Assembly (NCBI GenBank): GCA_963514005.1
Contig: OY740820.1
Location: forward strand, 22,506,001-22,570,000
Direction: 5' to 3'
Origin: Raja brachyura
Taxonomy: Eukaryota
Length of the DNA: 64,000 nucleotides
Of the stretch, positions 12,976 through 25,539 are shown piece after piece. Each line of letters begins with the position of its first letter. Within the stretch, counting starts at the first letter, position 1. The position numbers and the translations under genes were made by a program. The notes beneath the pieces are model-generated. The model was given only the letters and a program-made list of their open reading frames with translations, was not told the DNA's origin and ran no database searches.

Positions 12976-13619
12976 CGTGACATAAACTATGTGCCAGAGA
13001 CTCCACGCTGGGTGCAACTCATTCATCTCCAGACTGGGTAAATCTTCAATCAGTTATATAATACAAGTATTCTATAAATGACAGCATGCTCATAAAGCAG
13101 TGACAAGATCATAATATAAAGTGGATAATGAAGCCAAGGAATTCATCAAGTACTGATGGAATAATCCCTGTTCCTTCAAACCAATTGAGGAGATGGGGTA
13201 GCTGGCTGAGATTATGAATCCCATTTTGTAAACCACATTCTAGGATCACTTGACCAGCCTAATATTAGCATTTCTACTAAGCTTCATTTATTTAATAGCT
13301 TCCAAAAATATGCACTGCAGGAATTTATTTGCAGGGCACTTTATTGAATGTGGCTGCTGTATAGTTCAAGAGAAAATCTTGCGTTTGGTTTAGTGGGTTT
13401 CATCGGGTATTTTTAAAGCAGAGAATTGGGGTTGGTGGGGCACGGTGGCGCAACGGTAGAGTTGCTGCCTCACAGGGCCAGAGACCTGGGTTTGATCTAC
13501 GGAGTTTGTACGTTCTCCTCCTGTCCAGCGTGGGTTTTCCACAAGATCTTCGGTTTCCTCCCACACTCCAAAGACGTGCAGGTTTGTAGGTCAATTGGCT
13601 TGGTGTCATTGGAAAATTG

Positions 13620-13621
<2 letters not shown>

Positions 13622-13684
<63 letters not shown>
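13622..13684. repeat. (GT)n microsatellite within a SINE
   Basis: Direct observation. Confidence 0.95.
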
Positions 13685-13685
<1 letters not shown>

Positions 13686-14384
13686 AATGCTGGTCGGCGC
13701 GGACTCGGTGGGCCGTGGGGCCTGTTTCCACGCTGTACCTCAAAACTAAACTGAGGTTCTAGATTAGCACGGGTGTCAAAGATTATGGGGAGAAGGCAGT
13801 AGAATGGAAGGATAGTTCAGCCATGAATGACTCGATGGTCCATGGTCAGAATCAGAGCCAGGTCTCTGGCGCTGTGAGGCAGCAACTCTACCGCTGCGCC
13901 ACCATGATGCTTCAGTCTCTGCTCCCAAGCAGGGAGATGGAGCATGGGTTGGTTTTCCCAAACTCGGGCGCGTGATGAAACATTAGCCAGTTTGATGGGA
14001 CCAGGTGTGGGAATAATTCATCATTGATGAAGACTAGAGGTTTGCCTCAGGGTTCGTTGCTGGGCCATTACTGTTTGTCACCAAACGCAGGCAGGTGGGA
14101 CTAGAGTTGCTGGAACATGTTGGCCGGTGTGGGCAAGTTGGGCCGAAGGGCCTGTTTCCGCGCTGTATCACTCTGTATATGTAAAACTCTAATTATCTTT
14201 GAAACCATTGACACTCGATGGCACTTGATCGAACAACTGGCAGGGATGAGCAAGAACTTGGGCCTTGGGGGATGAGAGTCGTAAAGCACGGAAACAGGCC
14301 CTTCGGCCCAACATATCCATGCCGACCAAGATGCCCCATCTAAGATAGTCTACCTAGCATGCAATTTGGCCCCTGCACCTCTGT

Positions 14385-15362
14385 AAGGTTGCAACCACTC
14401 ACGGGCCTGCTCTAAACCTTCCTGATCTATGCACTGCCACAAATGTCTTTTAGACGAGGCGTTGGTACTTTATTTGTCCTTTGTGGGACAGTTTGTGTGC
14501 AGAGTTTGGTGGCCAAGTTGGATGATAGTGACTGTAACTCGATCGTCGAGCAGGGTTAACAAAGTGATAAAGGACTTGATGTTTGGAAGGGCTGTGTTAC
14601 AGACATGTGTAGGCAAGGCAGGCATGGACTAAAATTATAAAAAGGTGATTATTAAATATAAATAGTAAAGATTTCCAATCCATTTACTAAATTCAGTATT
14701 TATTATTAAATGGTTATTAAAAAAATATTTCGGTAGGCATAATTTTCACATCTGCAGTACGCGACGATATTGAACTCGCGTGCTGTGGGCGCTGCTTCTA
14801 GCCTTCACTTGCAGCTGAAATCCTGCCTTTGCACGTGGGCTGCATGCAAGGTGCAGCGCATGTCTGCAGGACAGGAGACCAATCCACGCATGCATGGTTT
14901 TTTTAAAGGTGTTTTAAGAGTCGACTGGCTGCCAACAGGACCGATCTGCATATGTGCGTTTTTTTTACGATGTTTAAAGGTCGACTGTCTGCCCGGTGCC
15001 TAGACCAAGTAATTACTCACGGCACATCTTCTTCTTGTGTATGGCGTGCACAGCCTAAAGTTGTAGGACAACTTGTTCTATATGATCTTATTTGATTGTG
15101 CACGGCCTGGTTGATTGCATTCGTCGAAACAGGGCGGACCACGTGAAGGTTGCAACCACTCACGGGCCTGCTCTAAACCTTCCTGATCTATGCACTGCCA
15201 CAAATGTCTTTTAGACGAGGCGTTGGTACTTTATTTGTCCTTTGTGGGACAGTTTGTGTGCAGAGTTTGGTGGCCAAGTTGGATGATAGTGACTGTAACT
15301 CGATCGTCGAGCAGGGTTAACAAAGTGATAAAGGACTTGATGTTTGGAAGGGCTGTGTTACA
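14385..15362. repeat. 217-bp direct duplication (14385-14601 = 15146-15362)
   Basis: Apparently identical copies 761 bp apart; both give the same MHCHKCLL... ORF. Confidence 0.92.
15027..15155 (-). mobile_element. HDV-ribozyme-capped short retroelement, copy 2 (5' damaged, divergent subfamily)
   Basis: Reverse complement reads ttgcaaccttcacgtggtccgccctgtttcgacgaatgcaatc...gccatacacaagaagaaga. Flanking direct repeat actcacgg at 15015-15022 and 15158-15165. Confidence 0.8.
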
Positions 15363-15787
15363 CACAATCAATGTTCTAATTGATTTGTGGGGACGTGGAT
15401 GTCAGTGTGAGGTGCGGTATCTGTGGACGTCCAGAAAGTGCATTGAAGATGTGGAGCTGACCTGCCTCCAGTGTGCTCGCTGGATCCACCGGGACATTGA
15501 GTAATTGCACAGCGCGGCTGACTGATCGCTTGGCCATTAACATCGCTGCTTCACTCCCATTCAATTCTATCTGCGCCGGGCAAAACAGAATGATAACTCC
15601 TCTCCTCATGTTGAAGTGGTGCAGCGATAACATGTGGTCGAAGATAGACACAAAAAGGCTGGACTAACTCAGCGGGACAGGTGACCCGAAACGTCACCCA
15701 CATTCCTTCTCTCCAGAGATGCTGCCTGCCCCGCTGAGTTACTCCAGAATTTTGTGCCTATCTTCAGTGTAAAACAGCATAGAAACA

Positions 15788-15841
15788 GGGGTGGAAGATT
15801 GCAGCCTTCACGTGGTCCACCCTGTTTCGACTAATGCAATC
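15788..15841 (+). ncRNA. Minimal HDV-like ribozyme, copy 3
   Basis: P1 GGGGTGG/CCACCCT (G1-U wobble; T-A replaces T-G), P2 GATTGCA/TGCAATC, P3 GCC/GGT, L3 TTCACGT, J4/2 CTAA. Confidence 0.85.
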
Positions 15842-15917
15842 AACTCGACGTGCACAAACGGAAGATCAAATAGAACAAGTTGTCGTCAACTTTAGGCCGT
15901 GCACGCCACACCAAAGA
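15788..15917 (+). mobile_element. HDV-ribozyme-capped short retroelement, copy 3
   Basis: Perfect 12-bp TSD agcatagaaaca (15776-15787, 15918-15929); the element starts exactly at ribozyme G1. Confidence 0.9.
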
Positions 15918-16191
15918 AGCATAGAAACATAGAAAAATAGGTGCAGGAGTAGGCCATTCGGCCCTTCGAGCCTGCACCGCCATTCAATATGATCATGGCT
16001 GATCATCCAACTCAGTATCCCGTACCTGCCTTCTCTCCATACCCCCTGATCCCTTTACCCACAAGAGCCACATCTAACGCCCTCTTGAATATAGCCAACG
16101 AACTGGCCTCAACGACCTTCTGTGGCAGAGAATTCCAGAGACTCACCACTCTCTGTGTAAAGAATGTTTTCCTCATCTCGGTCTCAAAGGA

Positions 16192-16598
16192 AGCATCTGC
16201 AGTTCCTTCCTGCACAATAAAATGAGGCCATTGAGTCTTCTGAGGAAACTATCCCTGGACTGTTCCATTGCCAGGCTCTCTAACTCCACATAGACTCTAC
16301 GACCTTTAAAAAAAAATCAACGTGCATTCATTAAAGAATGTGTCTTTAATGGATGCAACTGAACGTGTCTTTAATGAGTTTAGAGATCTAGCACGGAAAC
16401 AGGCCCTTCGGCCCGCCATGCCCGCACCAAGGATAAGTATCTCCCCAACATTCTGCATGGGAGCCCATGCACAGAATTGTGTTGCATTCCCCCAGTCGAT
16501 GTAGAGTTATGCAGTCTGTCAACGGAACAGTCCAGAGATAGTTCCTTCAGAAGACCGAACGGCCTCATTCTATTGTGTGGGAAGGAACTGCAGATGCT
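16192..16598. repeat. Imperfect 105-bp inverted repeat (16192-16296 / 16494-16598)
   Basis: Arms align as reverse complements at roughly 80% identity by eye. Confidence 0.85.
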
Positions 16599-17055
16599 GG
16601 TTTACACCAAAGATAGACAGAAAATGCTGGAGTAACTCAGCGGGTCAGGCAGCGTCTTTGGAGGGAAGTAATATGGGTGACGTTTCGGGTCGAGACCCGG
16701 TCTGAAGCCTGAAGAAGGGTCTCGACCCGAGACGTCGCCCAGATTCCTTCTCTCCAGAGACGCTGCCTGCCCCGCTGAGTTACTCCGGCATTTTCTGTGT
16801 CTACCTTCGGTGGAATGCAGCATCTACAGCTCCTCCCACAGAGCACAGAGACAATTCCAGGGGGAGGGCTCCGTGATTAGCATCGGGCTCTTCAGCAGTT
16901 AGTGAAGGCTGCCGCTGGGAATGTGAGATGAGTCAGGGAGGAGACAAGTCTCGAGTGTAATAGCAGTGCTAATTTAACTGAGAAGTCAGTGTAATTACAA
17001 AGCCCAGCCATGTCTTATCGGCAAAGAATGAATCTTGCTTTTGCTGGCTTCCTTA

Positions 17056-17374
17056 TAGCCCTGTCCCACTGTACAAGTTCATTCCAAGAGCTCCCCCGAG
17101 TTTAAAAAAAATCAAATCGTGGTAAGCACGGAGAATGAACGTAGCGGGTATGTCGGAGCTCGGGGAAGTCTCTTAGCGCTTACGGCAGGTACTCGGGAAG
17201 AATCGCTAACGGCAGGTAAGCTCGGGAAGACTCGTGAAGATTTTTCAACATGTTGAAAAATGTCCACGAGAGCCCCGAGTACCGACGAGTGGCCGTTACC
17301 GTAAATCTCCGAGTTCGATTCGGGGCAAACTCGGGAGAGCTCTTGGAATTAACTCGTACCGTGGGACAGGGCTT
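17056..17374. mobile_element. PIF/Harbinger-type MITE (family B)
   Basis: TIR agccctgtcccac, TTA TSD; reverse-complement homolog of 24933-25242 and 59350-59667. Confidence 0.8.
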
Positions 17375-17584
17375 TTACTGATCACACTGCTGCAAAGCTT
17401 CACATTGAATTTGATTGGTACGGGTGTCAGAGGTTACGGGGAGAAAGCAGGAGAATGGGGTTAGGAGGGAGAGAGATGGATCAGCAATGATTGAATGGCG
17501 GAGTGGACTTGATGGGCCGAATGGCCTAATTCTGCTCCCATCACCAATCACATCCTATGACGTATAATGAAAGAATGGGTCGAC

Positions 17585-18957
17585 TGGGAATTTAGAAGGA
17601 TGAGAGGGGATCTTACAGAAACATATAAAATTCTTAAGGGATTGGATAGGCTGGATATAGGAAAAATGTTCCCGATGTTGGGGGAGTCTAGAACCAGGGG
17701 TCACACAGTTTAAGAATAAGGGGTAGGCTATTTAGGACTGAGATGAGGAAAAAGAAAAATAGAAACATAGAAAATAGGTGCAGGAGTAGGCCATTCGGCC
17801 CTTCGAGCCAGCACCGCCATTCAATATGATCATGGCTGATCGTTCAAAATCAGTACCCCGTTCCTGCTTTTCCCCCATATCCCTTGATTCCGTTAGCCCT
17901 GAAAGCTAAATCTAACTCTCTCTTGAAAACATCCAATGAATTGGCCTCCACTGCCTTCTGTGGCAGAGAATTCCACAGATTCGCAACTCTCTGGGTGAAA
18001 ACGTTTTTTCATCTCAGTCCTAAATGACCTGCCCCTTATTCTTAAACTGTGTGACCCCTGGTTCTGGACTCCCCCAAAATGGGAAATATTTTTCCTGCAT
18101 CTAGCCTGCCCAATCCTTTAAGAATCTTATATGTTTCTATAAGATCCCCTCTCATCCTTCTAAATTCCAGTGAATATAATAAGCCCAGTCGACCCTTTGT
18201 CAGCGTTCCTTCTACCTCAATAACGCAAGCAGGGTTACTAACGTCCGTTACTAGGCAACCTAAAAGACCATCTAAATTAGATGTACAATCATAACTGGGT
18301 AGGTCAGAGATTTATTACTTGGGGTTTAACAGTGACAGTATCATCAGAAAGGTGTGTCACGCTTCAGTCACCAGTGATTACATCAAATGATAGCGTTGTG
18401 AACCTGGAGTATTGTGTGCAGTTTTGGTCCCCTAATTTGAGCAAGGACATTCGTGCTATTGAGGGAGTGCAGCGTAGGTTGACCAGGTTAATTCCCGGCA
18501 TGGCGGGACTGTCATATGCTGAGAGAATGGAGCGGCTGGGCTTGTACACTCTGGAATTTTGAAGGATGAGAGGGGATCTTATTGAAACATATAAGATTAT
18601 TAAAGGTTTGGACGCGCTAGAGGCAGGAAACATGTTCCCGATGTTGGGGGAGTCCAGAACCAGGGGCCACAGTTTAAGTATAAGGGGTAAGCCATTTAGA
18701 ATGGAGACGAGGAAACACTTTTTCACCCAGAGAGTTGTGATTCTGTGGAATTCTCTGCCTCAGAGGGCAGTGGAGGCCGGTTCACTGGATACTTTAAAGA
18801 GAGAGCTAGATAGGGCTCTTAAAGAGAGCGGAGTCAGGGGATATGGGGAGAAGGCAGGAACGTGGTACTGATTGTGGATGAGCAGCCATGATCACATTGA
18901 ATGGCGGTGCTGGCTCGAAGGGCCGAATGGCCTACTCCTGCACCTATTGTCTATTGT
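17585..18957. mobile_element. Cluster of CR1 3' fragments (+17585-17750, -17760-18195, +18398-18957)
   Basis: CR1 ORF2 C-terminal motifs in both orientations. Confidence 0.85.
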
Positions 18958-19599
18958 GAAAAGATCGGAGGTTCCCCGTCAACGCTCTTGGTGTTTCCCA
19001 GTACTTCAATCCAAACTTCTCATATGCATTTCTTATTTGCATCGAAGATAGACACTAAATGCTGGAGTAACTCAGCGGGACAGGCAGCATCTCTGGAGAG
19101 AAGGAATTGGTAATGTCTCTCAACCCGAAACGTCACCCATTCCTTCTCTCCAGAGATGCTGCCCGTCCCGCTGAGTTACTCCAGCATTTAATGTCTATCT
19201 TTGGTGTAAACCAGCATCTGCAGTTCCTTCCTACACAACCTTCTTGCATCATAATGTCCACTCTCAGCGTGGAGCTCGACACAAAAGAAACTAGTAGTGT
19301 TGCTGCCTCACCACCCCAGTCATCCCCGGTTCGAGCCTGGCCTCGGCCGCTGTCTGTACGGTGTTTGCACGTCCCCCGCCCGCGAGTGCTCCGGCTTCCT
19401 CCCACATGCTGGTTTGTAGATTAATTGGCCTCTGTAAAATGCCCTTCATGTGACCGAGAACCGTTTACTAGTTTAGTTGATGTGGCCATTCAGTCCATTG
19501 GAATCATGCCAGCTCACTGGGGGCAAATCCCTCCAGGACCATCCCCCTGATCCTTATTTCCCAGTTCGCCAGCCACTTATTCTCTCTCTGCCCTCCCCC

Positions 19600-19835
19600 T
19601 ATCCATCTATATCTATATCTCTTTCTATATCTCTTTCTATCTATCGATCTCTATAACTCTATCAATCTATCTATCTCTATATATATCTATCTATATCTCT
19701 ATCTATCTATATATCTATGTCCTCTCTCTTCCTCTCCATGTCTATATTTCTCTCCCCCTCCCTCCCACACAATCCTTCCCTCTCCCTCCCCGACCCCCTT
19801 CCCCTACTTCTCTCTCCCCCCCCCCCCCCCCCTCT
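19600..19835. repeat. (ATCT)/(AT)/(CT) low-complexity pyrimidine-rich tract
   Basis: Direct observation. Confidence 0.85.
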
Positions 19836-22325
19836 TGTCTCATGCCTATCAAATCTCCTTTGCTTTTAGTACTGAGATATTGAACGTTGAAAGGCATGAA
19901 ACCAACTCACGTGCCAGCGACTGTTTAATGTCCATGGACTATTATCCTGGGGAGATGCTGGGGAGAAGGTAGTTGAAGAGCTGGCAGATGTCCAAATCCC
20001 AGCTTGGACGAGCTGGGCTTGAAATCAAGAGATCTGTATGTTCTTTCTCATTCCTTTAAAAGCCCATCATAATTTAAAAGCACCCCTTCATTTTGAATTA
20101 TGTACATTTGACACTCATAAAACATGTCATAACTAAATCACACAAATGAGATTGCTCCTACATGTAACACATATTAATTCATCCTAAAATAATAAATCTT
20201 TACTCGACCATTTCACTCAGAGAATATTCCCAGACATGAGTGAACTTGTGCAAAAGTTTGGGTTAGTTTTTTACTTTCGAGATGCAGCTCGGAAAAGTCC
20301 CTTCGGCCCACCGAGTCTGTTCCGACCTGCAACACTAACACTATCCAACACACACTAGGGACAATTTACAAATCTACCAATCCAGTTAGCCTACAAGCCT
20401 GTATGTCTTTGGAGTGTGGGAGGAAACCTGAGCTCCCGGAGACAACACACTTGGTTACGGGGAGAACGTACAAACTCCGCACAGACAGCGCCTGAGGTCA
20501 GGATTGAACCGCGGTCTCTGGCGCTGTGAGGCAGCAACTCTATCGCTGCGCCACCGTGCTGCCGATTGGCTTGGTATTGGCACATGTACCGTGACACAGT
20601 GAAAATGTTTGCCCGCCACCCATCAACGCACGGGTACAATGATCCCAAGTACACGAGTCCCGAGGACCCGGTTTAAAATATTTGCAGGTCAGATGGAGGA
20701 TGTGTGAAATCCACACAGTAACGAGGTCAGGACTCCAAGCCCAAGGCCCTGGAGCTGCGAGGCAGCAGCACTAACTGATGCACCACCAAACTACCAGCTG
20801 AAATAATGAAAGAAAGCAAAAACAATATTCATTTGTCTTCCCGAGACCTTCAAATGTGATGATTGGGAAATTACAAACTGTTCAGGCAGCGGAAAAATAC
20901 GGTGTCGGAAGCTGGTTATACACCGAGGATAGACACTAAATGCTGGAGTAACTCAGCGGGACAGGCAGCATCTCTGGAGAGAAGGAATGGGTGACGTTTT
21001 CGGGACGAGACCCTTCTTCAGACAAGAGTCACCAGAAGAAAATGGTCCAAATAATGAGGCGTTTCAGATTTAGGGTCAAACTGGAGAAGCTAGATGTAGA
21101 GTCATACAACATGCAAGCAGGCCCTTCAGCCCAATTATGTAGGTTGGAACTGCAGATGCTGGTTTAAACCGAAGATAGACACAAAAGGCTGGAGTAACTC
21201 AGTCGAGACCCGAAACGTCTCCCTCTCCTTCTGACGTCTGACCTCTCCAGAGATGCTGCCTGTCCCGCTGAGTTACACAAAAATCTGGAGCTACTCAGCA
21301 GGTCAGGCAGCAGCTCTGGAGAGAAGGAATGGGTGACGTTTTGGGACAAGACAGACCAAGGAGAAAGGAGAAAGAGAGATATAGACGGTATTTAGAACAA
21401 ATGAAAGAAAAAAAATGTAAAAAGCAAACAAGGAAATGTACAGCCCCGTCGGGCTCTCTCTCTCTCTCTCTCTCACGCCACCCACATGAGCATTCCACAC
21501 GCACATGGCTGAGCATTTCTGACCTTCCCTCTTTCTATTTTTAGATTTCCAGCATCTGCTTTTCCTTCCCCTGCAAAGTACTTCAGCAAAAATGACTGGA
21601 GTGAAGGAAGATAAAGGTGCAAAACGTCAATTTTCTGTCAGAACCTGCGGGCAGGTTTGACCGGGTCACGCAAGCCTATTTTTAGTCTTTGTCTACTGAC
21701 CTCTGACGAGGGTTCTGGGTCGAGGCAGCGGGCGGCAGTGGATTGAGAAGAGGTGACGTTTGTCACTTTTTGCAGAAGGCTCTGATAAATCACAGTTTAG
21801 TGCTGGTTTGCCAAGTTAAGAGAATTTAGAATTTATCTCAACTAAGATATAGAAAAGCCGAAAATGGAAACAGTCAAATTAAAGGATTGGATCCCACTTA
21901 ATCCTCTAACACAGCTTCAATAACCAGGGCCACTGTGCTTCCAAGGTATGGTTTATCAGTCGGCAAACAAAGACTTTGCACTCCATGTTGACCAAGGCAG
22001 AGACCCATTGCTTGAAAGATAGGCTGACTGAGCTGCAGATTAACCTAGCACAGCACTGACTGCAATGAATTCTCTGCCTCAGAATCCAATTCAATCCAAT
22101 TCTCTGGATGCTTTCAAGAGAGAGCTAGATAGAGCTCTTAAAGATTGTATTGTGTACAGTTTTGGTCTCCTAATTTGAGGAAGGACATCCTTGTGATTGA
22201 GGCAGTGCAGCGTAGGTTCACGAGATTGATCCCTGGGATGGCGGGACTGTCATATGAGGAAAGATTGAAAAGTCCAGGCGTATTCACTGGAGTTTAGAAG
22301 GATGAGGGGATATCTTTTTTTTTTT

Positions 22326-22683
22326 AAGTAAGTTTATTGGCCAAGTATTCACATACAAGGAATTTGCCTTGGTGCTCCGCCCACAAGTAACAACATGACA
22401 TACAGTGACAGTTACGAATGACTCAGAAAACACTAAACATTAATAATAATAAGACATTAATGATAAAACACCATTGATCAAGCACGTGAACCAACAAAAT
22501 ACCAGATCAAAGGGAGGCTACAGATTTTTGGCTGTTGAGTAGAGCAACTACTCGTGGATAAAAACTGTTTTTATGTCCGGCTGTGGCAGCTTTGACAGTC
22601 CGGAGTCGCCTTCCCAGAGGGAAGTGATTCAAAGAGTTTGTGGCCAGGGTGAGAGGGGTCAGAGATGATCTTGCCCGCTCGTT
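22326..22683 (-). mobile_element. Rex1/Babar-like LINE 3' fragment nested in a CR1
   Basis: RAGKIISDPSHPGHKLFESLPSG motif; CR1 sequence continues on both sides (22145-22312, 22685-23070). Confidence 0.7.
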
Positions 22684-24210
22684 TCTTATAGAAGCATATT
22701 AAAATTATAAAAGGACTGGACAAGCTAGATGCAGGAAAAATGTTCCCAATGTTGGGCAAGTCTAGAACCAGGGGCGTTAGTCTTAGAATAAAGGGGAGGC
22801 CATTTAAGACTGAGGTGAGAAAAAACTTTTTCACCCAGAGAGTTGTGAATTTGTGGAATTAATTCCCTGCCACAGAGGGCAGTGGAGGCCAAATCACTGG
22901 ATGGATTTAAGAGAGTCAGATAGAGCTCTAGGAGCTAGTGGAGTCAAGGGATATGGGGAGAAGGCAGGCACGGGTTATTGATTGGGGACGATTAGCCATG
23001 ATCACAATGAATGGCGGTGCTGGCTTGAAGGGCCGAATGGCCTCCTCCTGCACCTATTTTCTATGTTTCTAAAGATAGCGGAGTCAGGGGATATGGGGAG
23101 AAGGCAGGAACGGGGTACAGATTGTGGATGATCAACCGTGATCACAATGAATGGCGGTACTGGCTCGAAGGGCCGAATGGCCTCCTCCTGCACCTATTGT
23201 CTATTGTACTCAAACAACACTTCCCTGAAAAGAAGACAGACACGAAAAGCTGGAGTAACTCAGCTGGATCTTTGCGGAGAAGGAATGGGCGACGTTTCGG
23301 GTCCAGACCCTTCTCTCCAGAGATGCTGCCAGTCCCGCTGAGTTACTCCAGCATTTTGTGCCTATCTTCGGTGCAAACCAGCATCTGTAGTTCCTTCCTA
23401 ACACATTCTTCGCGGAAAGGGTGGGTTAAGAAAAGCCAATAAACTCTGACCCTCTCGATGATACGAACATGAACGTCAACAAATACTCAGTGACAGGACA
23501 AAGCCTTCCTTCCAATATGACAGATTACCCAGTAGTTTTCTCCACAATATGAAATCCATCAATGATCCCCGCTGATCAAAAGGAACAATGCCATATTTCA
23601 AGGCAAACAAAAAATCATTGACAGCTTGAAAAGTGAATGCACAAAAGCTGCACCGACTCTCGGTGATAAATATCCTTTAGCTCCCCCTCAGTCCCCCAGA
23701 GCCCAGCCGATGAATGTGGAGCAGAACAACACACAGCCAACCATGGCATCTCTGGGTGCCCGCTCTACCACCCACCAAATGGAGCTCTGTCAGGGCCTGG
23801 CAGACATTGACGCCAACAGAGACAACAACCTGGCTGCTCAACGCCCGGCACGAGATCGAACTATTCCATTGGTTTAGGTTTCTTTGGCAAGAAGAAGAAT
23901 AAGCCCAGCTGGACCATCACACTAGACAGAACAATTATCTACCTCAATCTAGTCATTGGTGACCCTCGGACTATCCCTGATCGGACGTTGCGGGCTTTAC
24001 CTTGCACTAAACGTTATTGCCTTATCATGCATGGATACACTGTAGACGGCTCGATTGTAATCATGTATTGTCTTTCTGCTGGCTAGTTAGCACGCTGCAA
24101 AAGCTTTTCACTGTACCTTGGTACACGTGACAGACAATAAAGTAAACTTGCACGTAGACTCCCTGCACACTAATGGCAATGCACAGTGGACAATTAACCT
24201 ACAAACGTGA

Positions 24211-24642
24211 AGGGCTTGTCCCACTTGCCCGTCATTTGCGCCTCATTTACACGTCATATGTAAAATAGATTGGCGCGTTGTGACACACGGGTAGCGTGTG
24301 AGTAGCGAGGAGTGTGGAGTTGCACACGGTATCGCGCGGCGCACTAGGATTTCGTCCTGTGTGAAATCCTCGCACGCCACTTGCGTGACGTACCATGTAC
24401 GTACGCTGACACATTGGCGTCGCACACTGGCGTCCAAACGTCTCACGTGCATCGCGTGGTGACGCGTGATTACGTCACCGTGCGTAACCATGCGTCGCCG
24501 CGCGGTATTCTAATGACATCATGCGCACCAGACGGCATGATGACGGTGATTTGCGCGCGATATCGAGCGTAACGACGCGCTGACCTATTTTACATATGAC
24601 ACGTAAATGAGGTGCAAATGACGCCCAAGTGGGACAGCCCCT
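24211..24642. mobile_element. PIF/Harbinger-type MITE (family A)
   Basis: ~60-bp imperfect TIRs, 3-bp TGA TSD, CpG-rich palindromic interior. Confidence 0.8.
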
Positions 24643-24932
24643 TGAGTAAGAATAACCCGTACAGCCAGGTATATTCCAGTTCAATATCCATCCAGTCTTT
24701 GTTTGTTTATTCATTCATTGCATATGGCGATGTCTATTATCCATCCCTGATCCAGTTACCTTCAGCGCGCCACGGTGTCTCACATCACCATAGACCTGGA
24801 TTCACTCCCGACCTCGAGTGCTGTTGAGAATACAGACATTCAGCCCTTTGATCCGGCACCCCCATTCAATATGATCATGACTGATCATCCAAAGTCAGTT
24901 CCCCGTTCCTGCTTTTTCCCCACTTCCCTTAA

Positions 24933-25242
24933 TGGGGCTGTCCCACTGTACGTGCTAATTCAAGAGTTCTCCCAAGTTTCCCCTGATTCTAATTCGGAGA
25001 ATTACGGTAATGGCCGCTCGTCGGTACTTGGGGCTCTCGTGGACATTTTTCAACATGTTCACGAGTCTTCCTGAGTTTACCGCGTTTCCCCGAGTACCCA
25101 CCGTTAGCGTTACGAGCCGCTAAGAGACGTACCGAGCTCCAACGTACCCGCTACGTACATTCTACGTGCTTACCACGAGTTTGATTTTTTTTTTAAAACT
25201 CGGGAGAGCTCTTGAATTAGCTCGTACAGTGGGACAGCCCCA
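24933..25242. mobile_element. PIF/Harbinger-type MITE (family B) nested in a CR1 3' end
   Basis: TIR tggggctgtcccactgtacg; 3-bp TAA/TTA flanks. Confidence 0.8.
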
Positions 25243-25539
25243 TTATTCCGTTATCCCCAAGAGCTAAATTGAATTCTCTCTTGAAAACATCCAGTGAATT
25301 GGCCTCTACTGCCTTCTGTGGCAGAGAATTCCACAGATTCACAACTCTCTTTTCCTTTCTACATATCTATAGAGGCTTTTAGAGTCTGTTTTTATATTCA
25401 CCACTGGTTTTCTTTCATGCTCTTTTTTCCCCCTCTTAATGAACCCCTTTGTCATCCTCTGTTGAGTTCTAAATTTCTCCCAGTCCTCTGGTTTGCTGCT
25501 TCCTCTGGTCAATTTATATGACTTTTCCTTGGATTTAGA

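Noticed and set aside
14429-15504. Duplicated MHCHKCLL... ORFs as a gene pair
   Set aside because: By-product of the 217-bp duplication; no recognisable domain or splice structure.
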